64,000 bases of DNA from Octopus bimaculoides (taxonomy: Eukaryota), in assembly GCF_001194135.2 (NCBI RefSeq), contig NC_068982.1, positions 123,220,977 through 123,284,976 of the forward strand, in the 5' to 3' direction. The notes beneath the pieces are model-generated. The model searched no databases, had not been told where the DNA came from, and saw only the letters and a list, made by a program, of their open reading frames with translations. The translations under genes and the position numbers were made by a program. The first letter of the stretch is position 1; every line of letters starts with the position of its first letter. Positions 12,701-25,910 of the stretch are shown here, piece after piece.

Positions 12701-13991
12701 GACTGAGAGGCAGCAGTTTTAACCATAAAGTTTAACATTTTATCACTGGGACATTTTTACTTTACTCTTGAAAGTAAAGAACTTAGAATGTTGTGCAATA
12801 TGTATTTGTATACATTACAGCAATTGTGTTGTAAGAAGATTGCTTATATTATACAAGTTTGTTTATATTTGGGAGGAACTTCTAGTACATTTATATCCTG
12901 AATAAACATCTGCCAAGTAATTTCTGTTGTGTATTCTATTGTAATTAACTTAAGAGATGGAATATCTATATTTATGGTTGGTACAGTGCCAACAAGATGT
13001 TCAATGTTAATTAAAATATTGGTAGTTTATGTCAGTTTATCTGTGACGTTTTTTATTCATTTCTTAGTCAATATTAATTGAAAATCTTGCATCTGTTGAA
13101 CTCACAAATGAATTTTATTCCTTTAACATTAACCCATAAAGTAACACAAAATAAATGTAAATACATAACAAAAAGAAAAACTGAACTAACAGAAATAAAA
13201 TAATTACTATAATTTTAGATATGTGTTTTTATACACGTTTTAATTGTCTTCTCTTCAAACTACTTAAACAGAATTGTGAGTTCTGCAACTTTATAAAAAT
13301 TGTCATTAACTTCTAGAAAAAGATATCAGTTACTATAATGATGTTTATGATATTCATTCACATCATTTTTCATTTTTATTTTAAATTTAAGCTTGACAAC
13401 CTTTTAAACCTTTAACATTTTAAAACTGGAGAATGAATTAGGTTATGAAGATGGTCCAAATAAAATGACTCTTAACTTCTCAAACAGAGAGTATACATGT
13501 GCATGCATTAGTATGATAGACTAGCTGGTTATAGTTAACATTAAGCTTGTCAACATAAATCTCCATCACTAATATTATATGTGGCACACTTTATATCTCA
13601 CCAGATCGAAAATCTACCCCACCTTTTTTCTTTTTTTCTTCTTCCTTCCCTCTCCTCCCCAAAAAGAAAAGCTCTACTTTGTAACTTGTCCTCTCTGTGT
13701 TCAGCCCTGTGTGGCTAATAAAGAAACATATCTACCTACCTACCTATCTATCTGTCTACCTAAATTTCAATGAGTCTCTTTTTGATACTGCTTCCTCATT
13801 CAGGTGTTTCAAGTATTTACCGTGTATTTCTTTTTGTGATTATTCCTTAATTAATTTTTTCTCCCCAATATTTTTTGTATTTGTTGATATTATTGATATT
13901 ATTTTTTTATCCATTCTTTTTTAATTTCCTTAATATCGTAACCCATATAATATAATAATAATGATGATAATAATAACAATGATAATTTCAC

Positions 13992-14054
13992 CCATGGTGA
14001 AATTTACCATGGTGGAATATACTGTGGTGGAATTTACCTATGGTAGAATTTACC
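13992..14054. repeat. 15-bp minisatellite x4
   Basis: CCATGGTGAAATTTA / CCATGGTGGAATATA / CTGTGGTGGAATTTA / CCTATGGTAGAATTTA. Confidence 0.8.
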
Positions 14055-14084
14055 AGTCTCCATATATACATATGATGTGCTCCT

Positions 14085-14130
14085 TTCAGTTTCCATCTAC
14101 CAAATCCACTCCCAAGGCTTTAGTTGGCCC
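14085..14130 (-). mobile_element. SINE core fragment
   Basis: CTTTCAGTTTCCATCTACCAAATCCACTCCCAAGGCTT is the reverse complement of the core. Confidence 0.65.
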
Positions 14131-14341
14131 ATTATACTAAATGATACTGTAAACATCTCACAAACCAAAGTGAACATTTAAATAGATCACTCTCCAAGGC
14201 TTACAGTTAACAGTGCAAACTAATTCTTTTTTTCTTTCTAAATAAAATTTTGATATTTTGGAAGATTTTAATGAAACTATTTCAATCTGTAATTCTATTT
14301 TACTTGTATGTTTCATCATCATCCACTTGAATATAATCTGA

Positions 14342-14611
<270 letters not shown>

Positions 14612-17600
14612 TAAGTATCTTTTCTTTTCATACTTCATATAAACTATTTCAAATTTTACAACAAAGGATTAATTATGCAGCAACACCCACATTTAATGGA
14701 GTATTCTCACTTTTAGAATCAAGTAGTTGTAATAATATTTTGGAAATTTTTACATTTTAAAAGTTGGCATCTGAGGGTTTTTTCATTGTATTTGCTGCTT
14801 TACATTTGTTTTTCTCTGCTAGCATGGGTGTGATGAGTTGTCTTGTTGGGGAAATTGTTTTATTTTGGGATGGTGTTTCTATTAATAATCAGCAGGGAAA
14901 TAGGAGTAAACACAGTTGCCAATAAAGCATACAGAATTGTGTCTTGCTTGGGTACAGCGTAGTGTATAGCAAAGCATAAATGCATAAACATGTGGTCAAT
15001 AGTGTGGCACTTTGCCCTTGTAACTTATGTGCTTCTCAAAAAATTAAACCTTTCTTGTTTTCTTAAATGTAATATCCTATTTATTAGGAGAGAGACTTCA
15101 TGATTTTAATACTTTTCCCAGTAATTCCAATGAAGAATCAAAATGGGAATCTTAGCTGTGACATCAGAATGCCTACCTCTAATTAGTGTTTATTGCAGTT
15201 TATGATAATTTATTAGATTTAAGACAGAAGGGATAACTAGCAACTTTGTATTGTGCTTGTGCTACTTATTAACATTCCAGGTTCACCCTCAAATGATTTC
15301 AGATCATTTCAGAGAAGAGCATTTACAACCTTGATAGTAAAGTATTCATACAGCAATGTATAGTTTGAATGATTTAATGGATGGGAAGGAATTTATGGTT
15401 GATAGTCTTACATTCTTTTAATTTCTATTGATAGCAAGGCTTGTAACTCTCATGAAAAAAAAAAAAATATCAACTCTGGAAAACCATCAAACAATTAGGT
15501 ATTATCATTAATTGCAAAGTAAATGACTTCACAAACCACCACTTACAGCTTTATGGCAGACTTACCAAAAATCTATGCAAACTGCTGACAGATACTCAAA
15601 GGTAAAATAATAGCTCAAACTATGAATAGAAAGTTTCATTTGGATTAATAAGTTTCTCCTGTCTATTGACAAATGATAATTATTATGCAATACTATAGGA
15701 GTTTTTATATAGTTGCTTGACAGGTTAGGAACAACTGTCAAATTGTGTGTATGGTGATTTGTGAGTCTGGAAGACAAAGACTAGGGGTGAACACCCCAAG
15801 AGAAAATCCTATTGTGGTTAGCTTTAAAGCAGTTTCTAATAGACTGGATTTCCCAGCCAGTTCCTGCAGCTGGGAGGCAACACCAGTTGTCTTGTGTTTT
15901 CCTTGCTCTTGGATCTATCTCTTTCACAAGTAGTGATTTGAGAAATACATATCCCCAATTACAGTATAAAGAGCTTCATTGGACTGGTGCCATTCTGACA
16001 GTATGGATCTTGGATCTCAGCAATAGTTAGAGCATCATGTGTGTCTCTGGTGATGAAACATTGCCACTTCTGTAGTTTCCTTGCTTCTGAAGATTTATGG
16101 TTGCTGTAACCCATGGAATAGCAGTTGCATTTACCAAGTTGTCTCTGAGGCTGTATCCTCTGTTATGTTTACTTTTTGAAAGATACAGTCATCAAAAGTT
16201 CCACAATTGAGGGAGAAGATGAGCATCATGAAATTCAATGGACAACCATAAGCAAATAAACAAAGAATGTAATGTGGTTATGTGTGTTTGTGCGCACACA
16301 CACACACACACATGCAAATGACATTGTGTTGTAATGGTAGTAGAAAAGGAAGACCTGTAAAAACATTGGATTATATGATCATAAATACACTATGTCTGAT
16401 TTTAACACTGAATAGTGAAGGCTGAAACAATTGCAAGTCTGATTTAGTGTTGAACAGCAACAAAACAGCCATAGTTGTGCCTCTTACATTGACTAATGCC
16501 TGCTTATAAATGTATTTCCTGTCATAGTATATAGTTGTTTGAACTATTTCAGTTAGATTGAGTATGACGTATCTCAGAAATTGCTCCTTTACATGTGTGA
16601 GTTCATCATTGATTATTTGAAAAATAGAATTTAACTGAACTGTTTCACCTATAAAAAAGCCCACTGACCATTATCGCAGTCTTCTGTCTTAGCAAAACCT
16701 AATGATATTTTATCAATCTTTTATTAGCTTTTAACAGAATATCTAAACATTAAAATTACCTCCCACTTAATCTACACTCTATTGGTGGGATGGGTGAATG
16801 AATAAACACAAAAGCATTTGTTTTCTAAGAGTTTTGGCTGTATTCAAATTTTATTTGGTGCAGAGTATTCTAAATTTATTACTCTTATCTTAGAGGACTA
16901 TTAAACATGACTTGAAAGTACTTAAATTTGATAAGCTTTGTTCTTATTCATGATGAATATTTAATTTGATGGCACAAGATTTTATAGTATGGGTTCTTTC
17001 AATTTGATTAGACAAATTCATTGCTTGAAAGAACTTCATTAACGAATGTTGTCTGTCTTGACTTGTTAATTTTCCTATGAAATTTGAAAATGCTCTTTAA
17101 AGCCTATGAAATCAGAAATTGTGTTATTTTATCATTGGGTATATTAGAAAACTCTTCATAACTGAAACTGTTAATTATGTATATATAACAAAAGATTTGT
17201 ATATTTATGAATATGACTATAAACAATAATTGTGACTTTTCAGGTTTGCAATGTAATATATTTTTGCTATATTAACATAGTAATATGCTCTTGTTGCTTT
17301 TGTAGGTATTTGTGTCACTCTTGCATTTCCACAGTTGGGAATAATTTTCATAAAAAATACGTCTAAATTTTATCTTTAGAGTAAGATAATTATATCACTG
17401 AAGTTGATAACAGCTATGTCAGCTTAGGATCTGATATTCTCTTTCAATTTAAATATTTCAAGATTAGTTTAACGGTAGTTGGTCAGTTCTTTTTCCCCCT
17501 CATTTTTTTTTCTAGTCAATTAAGTTTGGTAATCCACAAATTCAACACTATATGTACACTTTATTTAGTCAGGCCTAAAATCACATAATGAATTTGATCA

Positions 17601-17639
17601 GGTAAAAGTTTGTTGTGTGATATGCAGTTAATAAAGACT

Positions 17640-17905
17640 TAAAGCTTGTGATTGGATTTGGTAGACAGAAACTGAAAAGCCCATTGTGTGTGTGTATGTA
17701 TATGCCAATGCTGTGTAAACACACCCATGCTGGTGGCATGTAAAAAATACCCAGCACATTCTATTAAGTGGTTCACTTATCCCTTCCTAATGAAGGGCAT
17801 CCAACCATAGAAACCATACCACAACAGACAATTGGAGTCTGGACAGCTCCCTGTCAAACCATCCAAACCATGCCAGCATGGAAGGGGGGTGCTAAATGAT
17901 GAGAG
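17640..17905 (+). mobile_element. SINE core plus (TG)n plus RTE-type 3' tail
   Basis: GGATTTGGTAGACAGAAACTGAAAAGCCC, TG run, then GGTGGCATGTAAAAAATACCC...CCATGCCAGCATGGA...AAATGATGA. Confidence 0.65.
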
Positions 17906-17918
17906 GTGTGCGTGTGTG

Positions 17919-17953
<35 letters not shown>

Positions 17954-18650
17954 ATCTAAAATGTGTGTGTGTTTATATAAGCATATGCACATACCACAAC
18001 CAAAACTGAAAACTTATTCAGATACAGGAGTGAGGAAGTCGATGACCGCCCTCTGCTCCTACTCACATAGTATTAGCATTTACGTTTCACCACCCACAAA
18101 TACTAGAAATATTAGTAACACCCAAACTATTTGCTAAAACATCATAATAAAATAGCTATTTTCCCCCCATATGATACAGATGTAAATAACTTTTATAAAT
18201 CAAAATAACTGCAACGTCAACTGCTTCACTTAGTCTAAACTTTTGGGCTGAATGTTGTCAGCTGCTTCTAACAATATTAAGAGAAATGAGACTCCCACAC
18301 ACTTATCCCTGTTCATTATAATAACCACAAGGCATTTGGATAAAATATGAATGATAAAATATACACAACTGTTACCCTATACTCCAAATAATTAATCTCT
18401 GAATGGACTGTATATGGTCCTGAATCAGACACTTTGCATGAGTACAGAAACTTTAGGTTAATCAGTAACCCTTGTTACTGAACTGTTTTTAGAACTATGA
18501 AACAAACTCTATGTATATATTATTGTAATTCTCCTTTCAAAGTACAAACCATAATGACCGTGCTTGCGTTGGTGTTGCTGATGGTTTATAAAGAAAGGAC
18601 AGTAAATAAATTATTATATTGTATTTAATAGCCTTAGATTTGCTCTGTGT

Positions 18651-18695
<45 letters not shown>

Positions 18696-21600
18696 AAGTG
18701 CACACACATTAAATGGCATGTGTTTACTTGCAGGTGTATTTTAGTCTTTATTGTCTAAATCTATTATTAAAAGCATCTGTGTCTATTTTCCTTGGCATTT
18801 AAAGTAATGTTTCAGAAGCATTCTGTAGGTGTGAGAAAATATTAGATGTTTCCTCTTTAATATCTCTAGCAACAAAACAAGCCCATTTACACAATCTTTC
18901 CAAGAGTACCAGTTAAGTAGGTGTTGCTGTTGTATACTTGATGATGCTTGTTTTAGAAGGAATTATAAAATTTAGTATCTTGGCAAATTGGAACTATTAT
19001 TATTATAATAGTGCTTTACAATGAAGAAAATCACCACTTTGAAGAAATTATTATAGAAGTCAATGTTATCTTTAAATCTAATTTAACCTAAGGTTTTATA
19101 TATATGACATCCTTGTCAGAATTATTTTTCTAGTATCTTACAGAAATGATAGCATCTGTAGATAAGAATTAGAATAGTTGTTACCAACATGAATAATACT
19201 TAAAAATAAGTTGTAGGATTTTTCAGTCAAATACCAGGTTTTATTTAGCGATCTAAAGCAACTGCTATTTACACGAAAAACTGGTGCAGCTAAGAAAGAT
19301 GATTGGAAGATTAAACTGTGCAAGTTGTTCATTTGTAAGGTGGTGGGAATTGTTTCTTAGTGAAAATAATCTCTTGAATGACCATGCAATTGGTTTTAAG
19401 CCATTAGATTTTAGTCTCTAACAAACATTGTGCTCCAAAACTACCACTGTTCTTTGTAAATTGTATTTGAATAGTCTACTGTCTGTTGTATTTGTCCATT
19501 ACCTGCTGCATTTGAATTGCCCATTATCTGTTTGATTAATATGATGTTTTATAATAACTTTGTCCTTTCTTTTTCATAATGTATTTTGCATATAAAATTG
19601 TAAATTTGCACATTTGCATAGAGTATTAGAGTGATATGTTTCATGTATTTTCTAAATGTAGTTTAAAAGTACATGAAAAAAGCAAAGTTAAGTTCAAGAA
19701 TGATAGAAAGTGAGGTGAATGCAACATGTAATAGCTATTAGACTATAGTGGTTGCAGAATTTGCAGTTATAAGCAGAGATGAATGGGGAATATTAGATGG
19801 AATGGGGGAATATTGCTGAATAGTAACAATATTACCAGCTATTGTGTGAAATTCAGGTAATGCCTAGAAGATCGCTCATCAGTTATTCATTAATGTTAAT
19901 GAGAAATCAAAGAATAATTGGAGGAGGATCATTGTATTTTTTACTTAACTGTAAAAGTTTGCATATGTCACAGATAATTATGGTAGAAAATTGTGTTGGT
20001 TGTTGTTATGCTACAATTGTGTAGATTAATGGAGGTGTTTTATTCATAGTGTTTTATAATCTAAGATTGTTAAATAAATGATAGCCTTATAGTGAAAATA
20101 ACACAAACAATTCTTGTGAAGACTCAATTATTTCTTATGGAAAATAAATATGAAGCACTCAGTATGTAGAAGTGTGCTTCTGTCCAAACCAGGTTTATGA
20201 TGTGGATTTGATTTCTATTTGATATCCATTCATTTATGTGTCAATACTTTTGAGAAAGATATAACTAAAGCACATAATCAGTAATTTTTTTAATGAACTT
20301 TTTGGTCTTGTGCCTAAGTTTTGGATTAGTATTTCACAAGGCATCCAACTGTAGAAAAGTTGCCTCAATAAACTTGGTGTGTATGCAAGCATAGAAAAGT
20401 GAACATTAAAACAATGATTTGAATTGGTTTATCAGTGGAAAAGGCTAGCTTATAGCCTTCTCGTTGTATTATGGATTGGTTCAACCTATATCAGCATGAA
20501 AAATTGGATACAAAACCAATTATAATGCAAATTTGTTTTTATGTTTGGTGTAATTATAAGAAAAATAGTTACAGGGAGATATGAAATAAAGGGAAGGTTT
20601 TGTATGTAGTAAAATTCTCAAGTGTTAAGCAAAAGACATCTTGAAGATCAAATAACTTAAAATGGGAGTAATGAATGAATAAAGAAAAGAAACAAGTAGA
20701 AATTTCCTTGTAATATACAATGCTACAATTGAATGGATAGAAAAAGGGATTGTCTATTGTCAAAGAAATGTCTGAAAATGAAGAGACGATCAAAGTTTTA
20801 CAACAGGATCTGAAGGATGAAGAAAGAAAACCTGACTATATGCTTGCACGTGCGCACACTTACACAAACTTACGCACACTCCTACACACATAAACTGTCT
20901 GATACACAAAAAAAAAATATTTTGTTGACCTCTTTCTTAATAATGTATCTATTATACTTTGTTTTGTCTAAGAACAAAATAATGGCTGATTAGTACAAAA
21001 ATAAAGTCTTCTTATATCGAGCCTATTATGAATGCATATTGTCTGAAGGATGAAGGTGTCCCTGAAAGATGAAATATAACAGTGATTAGCATATTCACTC
21101 TGAATCCACCAGAACAAATTAAGGATGAATGTATATGTCATTATAATATATATGTCAGTTGAAAATTATATTTACCAGGAAGAGATGAAAGCTCATCCAC
21201 ACATTTGACATTGTATCTTTCAGGTTCTAAAAAAAATAATAAAACTAAGGGTTATTTGAAGGATGACGTATGGAAACCATTAAAGTGTTTTGTTAGGAGT
21301 GGGGTGGGTATTTATAGTTGAAAAACCAAAAACCCTCAGATTCAGATGTGTATAAAATTAGTATTCTAGATAATGTAAGTAGAAAGTTAAAATAATAACA
21401 ATAATAAATGAGTGAAGAAGAAATATATAGTGAAGGTGTTTATTTGGCAAAAAAAAAAAAAAAAAGACCATCCCAAAATATAACAATAAATAGAAAATGT
21501 TCTTTCATATCGTTGTAGCATGAGTGTAATTAGAACTGCTTGTGCTTTTGATTAAAGCGGTGGAACTTACCTTCTTTACCACTGATATTTCTTTAATGTT

Positions 21601-22260
21601 ATTTCAGAAAAACTGTATGTAGATGAATATAAGAGTAAAGGATCCACTGTATATTGTTTACAATAGAAAAACCTATTCAGGATGTTATTAAATACAATTT
21701 ATGCATGTGTGGGTGTTGCTGAAAAAAATTCTATTGTTTATTTAATACTACACATTTTGTTCTTGTTTTTGAGTTCTAAATCAGTTGAAAGAGAAGTAGA
21801 AAACATTGCAAACACTGTTTCTGGTCTAGTACTTCAGTTTGTGTTCAACATCAAAAAACAATGATAAAATTATTGTTGTGAGAACACTATTATCTGGAAT
21901 GTTAGTGGCTTTCCTTTTTTTTTAAATCTTTTTTGAAATATAATGGAGTTCTTTTTATTTCAACTGTGGAAGACATTTTGTTTTTATCAGATAACGTACT
22001 TGGATTCATTCTAAAACTGAAGAGGGATTTCCTTAATGTATCTTTTGGTGTATCTTAATTTTTGAAACTTTTATACCAAAGCGCTACCTAAATTATTTCC
22101 CTTCTTTGTCTGAGCAATTGTTAAATTAAATAAATTCATAATTATAAATGTATGTTTTAATTTTATATCACTTGTTTCAAGCATTTCTCATTTAATTTAT
22201 TTCCATTGTGGAAATATATAAACATATAACATGAAAGCAAGTTACTTTTAATCTCTCGTT

Positions 22261-22261
<1 letters not shown>

Positions 22262-22312
<51 letters not shown>
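22262..22312. repeat. (CT)n microsatellite
   Basis: Direct reading; another (CT)n flanks the gap at 41985-42318. Confidence 0.97.
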
Positions 22313-22316
<4 letters not shown>

Positions 22317-25027
22317 CAGATTTTAAAAAGGGGATGAAACTTGTTTGAAACTTGTTTTACATAATTCATAGTAAGACCTTGGGAAATAGATTAAATGTAG
22401 TAAGTCAAAGCATTGAAATGTAGAAATAGTTGGAATTGTTGAATTAATTTCTTGGGAATGAAACAGGGGCTGCAACTATTATTAAGAGAGAGAGAGAAAG
22501 AGAAAACTTTTATTAATGTGAGTTGAATGTAAAATCCTTAATAATTAAAAGATACTTTGTTGAAAGTGGTTTAAGATTGGATGAACACAAATATGTTTTA
22601 GTAATTCATTGCATAAAAGAATTATTTCCTTGTAACAATTAGATCTGAATTTTTCTTTCTTCCATTTGAAATGCTAGCAACAGATGCTAAAATATTTGTA
22701 TAGCAATTTCTGTGGTATTTTGGTATTAGAAAAAAACATTGTATTTTGTGAGTAATTGTTAATCTTCAGTATTTGGAAAAAGAGGCATAGCAGAGTGAAT
22801 TTAAGAATTTTTATGATGATGTCATCTCTTTTGCTAGAGTTCTAAGAAATTTAAGATTTGGAACTAGTTAAGGATTTGATGATTAATGAATATTCTATAC
22901 CAATTACATGTTGTTTGTGGACTTATAATATATCTAGAGTAAAAAGTAGGTGATGTTAAATTGTGTCGAGCGAAAGATTCTATTTTTAAAAACCAACCAC
23001 TGTATTTGGTTATTATTTAATGGATAAAGTCTAATCTAAAGGAAATGTAAATTTAGTTCAAGTTGACAACCAAAATTTCTGTTTATTAGTCTGCTGAGTA
23101 TTTTCAAGGATGTTAGTGAAATAGTTAAATTTCATAAAAACATTAAGTTTTCTAATCTCATAGCCTCAATTTGAAATTGCTGTCTTGGGTTAACTATTCA
23201 TAGCTTATAGAGTCAACATCTTTTCATTCATTCCCTTTTTGGCATGAATTTTATCTTGATGCTTTATTACCAGTCACTTTACAGTGTATCCTAGATGCAT
23301 TTTATCACACCACTGGCGGTTGTCTGTGACAGTTCATGCTTTTTCTGTTCATTCCTTCCCTCTGATATCTATGTCAGCCACATTACATAAGGTCATGTGG
23401 ATTAAATGAACATCAGAGGTGTTTTGCTCCTTGAACAGAAACTGCAGGAGCTAATTAAAGATGACTCGAGCTATCGCAATGTTGGAAATCCTTCTCTTTC
23501 TTTAGCAGGTATCCAAGTTTTGCTCCTTGGCCAGCATGCTTTGCCTAAGTTGAAAGATTGAAATTAGCCTTTTCCCAACCACAATCGCCTTAAGCTTCTC
23601 AAAGCATTTTATTTCTTGGTTCTCATAAACTTATTTAAATTTACTCTTGGAACACACTCCTCCACTTCCACTATCATCTATTTTTACTCTCTATTCTCTA
23701 TTACTCCTATTTCTCTAGTAGTCCCTTCTCTGTTGCTTTTCACACTGCTCAAAACCACTAATATACAAATTAAGTGGCATTGTAAAGTTACGATGTCCTT
23801 ATTTTTCTTTGAGAACATTGGCAACATTAGTGAATTTAAAAATGAATCCACAATCACTTTAACCATAACTCAGTACCATGTCATCTGAAATACTCTCTGT
23901 GTGCTAACAAGTAGCCATACAACATAGTTTACACAATACAGATAGACTACAAAGTTAGCTGCCAGACGGTGTATTATTTGTACATTGTAATGACCTGACT
24001 GTATTGTATTTTTTTTTTTTACATAGCTTAGAACTAAGATCTGATGAAAGTAACGAAAAATAAAAAAATTTCGCAGAGCAAAACACACAAAAAAATGGTT
24101 ATTTTATGAGAATACATTTGTACTGTGTTGTTACTTATGAAAATGTTGGTTGTGAGTGAAAAGGCTAACAGCTTTCGATGAAAGTTGACACTTTTGTGAC
24201 TGTTGCTGCTGAAATATAAAGTTGTCTTTCTATTTTTCTCATTTTATTTAATTTAGCTTTGTTTATTTCAATGAACCATGAACTGAAATGAAATTCAAGC
24301 TACATTGCAGCTGTTGCCATGTGAAATAGAATCAGTGAAATGTTAAATGATTGTTCACTGTATTATTATAACAACATAATAATTAGAAGTCTGACATGCT
24401 ATATCAGAAAATAGATTGCCATTGTTACTTAAATTCTCTGAGTGAAATTGTGTTGAAGGAGTTTTTGCTACTTGTGTTGCTTATTTGAAGAGATGGAGAC
24501 TGGGTTTCAATTCATTTGTAATTTGTCATTTAAATGACCTCCTATGCTTAAGATATCTGAACTCATCAGGAAAAGAATATTGGATTTTTAGATTTTACAT
24601 TGAAACATTTTCTTGTGTAACTCTTCTTGATACAAGCAATTATGTTACATGATGAAATGAAGTACAGCTCTCTCATCATCAGATTAAAGTATCATAAGAA
24701 TTATGGCCAACTGCCCTATCAACAATTGGCAAGAGTGCATTCATTGTTGTTGTGTGCAACTGATCCAGACATTCTTTAAGGGAAATCCCAAATGCTCCAC
24801 TTCTAGGCCTTGTAGTTTGTCTAGTAGAGTGCAATGATTCTGTCATCAAAGTTTTATTGATTTAGAAAGCTAATGTTGTCACTGGAAGTGTTTAGCCTCT
24901 TTTGGTGTTTATTACCCTGTTGATGTTATATTAAAAAAAAACAAAAAACAAAAAAAAAACACTGATTGCCTTGTAGCTTTCTAAAACACTAGATCTACTT
25001 TACAAAGCTTCAAATAAAGCATTCTAG

Positions 25028-25069
<42 letters not shown>

Positions 25070-25168
25070 NNNNNNNNNNTTATGAAGGGTAATGGAGTCA
25101 ACCAGACCCAAATGATACAGGTAATACCGAGTAAGTGTTGCATACCAACTAGTTCTTCTACTATTACC

Positions 25169-25217
25169 GTCTCAGATGAAGGGATACATCAAATTTCCCC
25201 TGAAACAGCTGTAAGAC
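25169..25217 (+). ncRNA. Minimal type-I hammerhead ribozyme motif (core U4>A)
   Basis: GTCT-CAGATGA-AGGG..CCCT-GAAAC-AGCT-GTA-AGAC. Stem I GTCT/AGAC and palindromic stem III ACAGCTGT. Confidence 0.55.
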
Positions 25218-25864
25218 ATTCTACATAAAATATAAACTTACATATGCCATTGGTCTCTTTATCTCATCCTATACGCACGCACGCACACACACACACACAC
25301 ACACACTTACTTGTGAAAGCTGCAAAAATTATCGCAGAACTGTTACTCAGTTTCACATCCCTATTCATTGGACAGTTGTGATGAAAACCAAATTCAGTTT
25401 TCATCACAACTGTCTGGCAAATGGGAACATGAAACTCTGAGTAATAGTTCTGTGATAATTTTTGCAGCTTTAGTAAAAAGAACATTACTCTACCTTTGAT
25501 ATTCAAGTACTATTTTTTCCACCTTGTTTGCACTTATGCGCTCACCTGTATGTGTGTGTTTAGTTAAGAAAAATGGCTGATGCATACTGTAAAGTAGCTA
25601 AAAGGAAGTTAAACCTGATCTAAAGGAATTAGGACAAATATATCAAATTAAGCAAATATGACTGGATAGAAATTAAGGAACTACAAGTAGTGTGTGTAGA
25701 AACATCAATGTGATACTGATTAACATGGATGAACTTCAAAGAAAAAGTTATCTCAGAAATGCAGTATTTCAAGTTAGCTGTTTGTGGTTTTTAAATTTTT
25801 TTTTCATTATACCTGTTTCATGAGTATTGATAATATTCATTTATTAGTATTTCTTCATGTATTT

Positions 25865-25870
25865 CTGTAT

Positions 25871-25909
<39 letters not shown>
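25865..25909. repeat. (TTTA)n microsatellite abutting the RTE 5' truncation point
   Basis: Direct reading. Confidence 0.95.
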
Positions 25910-25910
25910 T

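Noticed and set aside
13440-13480. TGAAGATGGTCC..GACT, reminiscent of a hammerhead half
   Set aside because: No C at the core start, no GAAA and no stem I or III.
15680-16260. GC-richer block with short ORFs (also 23230-23560, 24660-24850, 52770-53000)
   Set aside because: Probably old dispersed-repeat fragments, but no motif was recognisable with enough confidence to name.
17240-17310. AG|GT juxtapositions resembling recursive splice sites (also about 11776, 18735, 36197, 43187)
   Set aside because: Donor halves are weak (GTTTGC, GTATTT, GTGTAT) and such motifs are expected by chance in T-rich introns.
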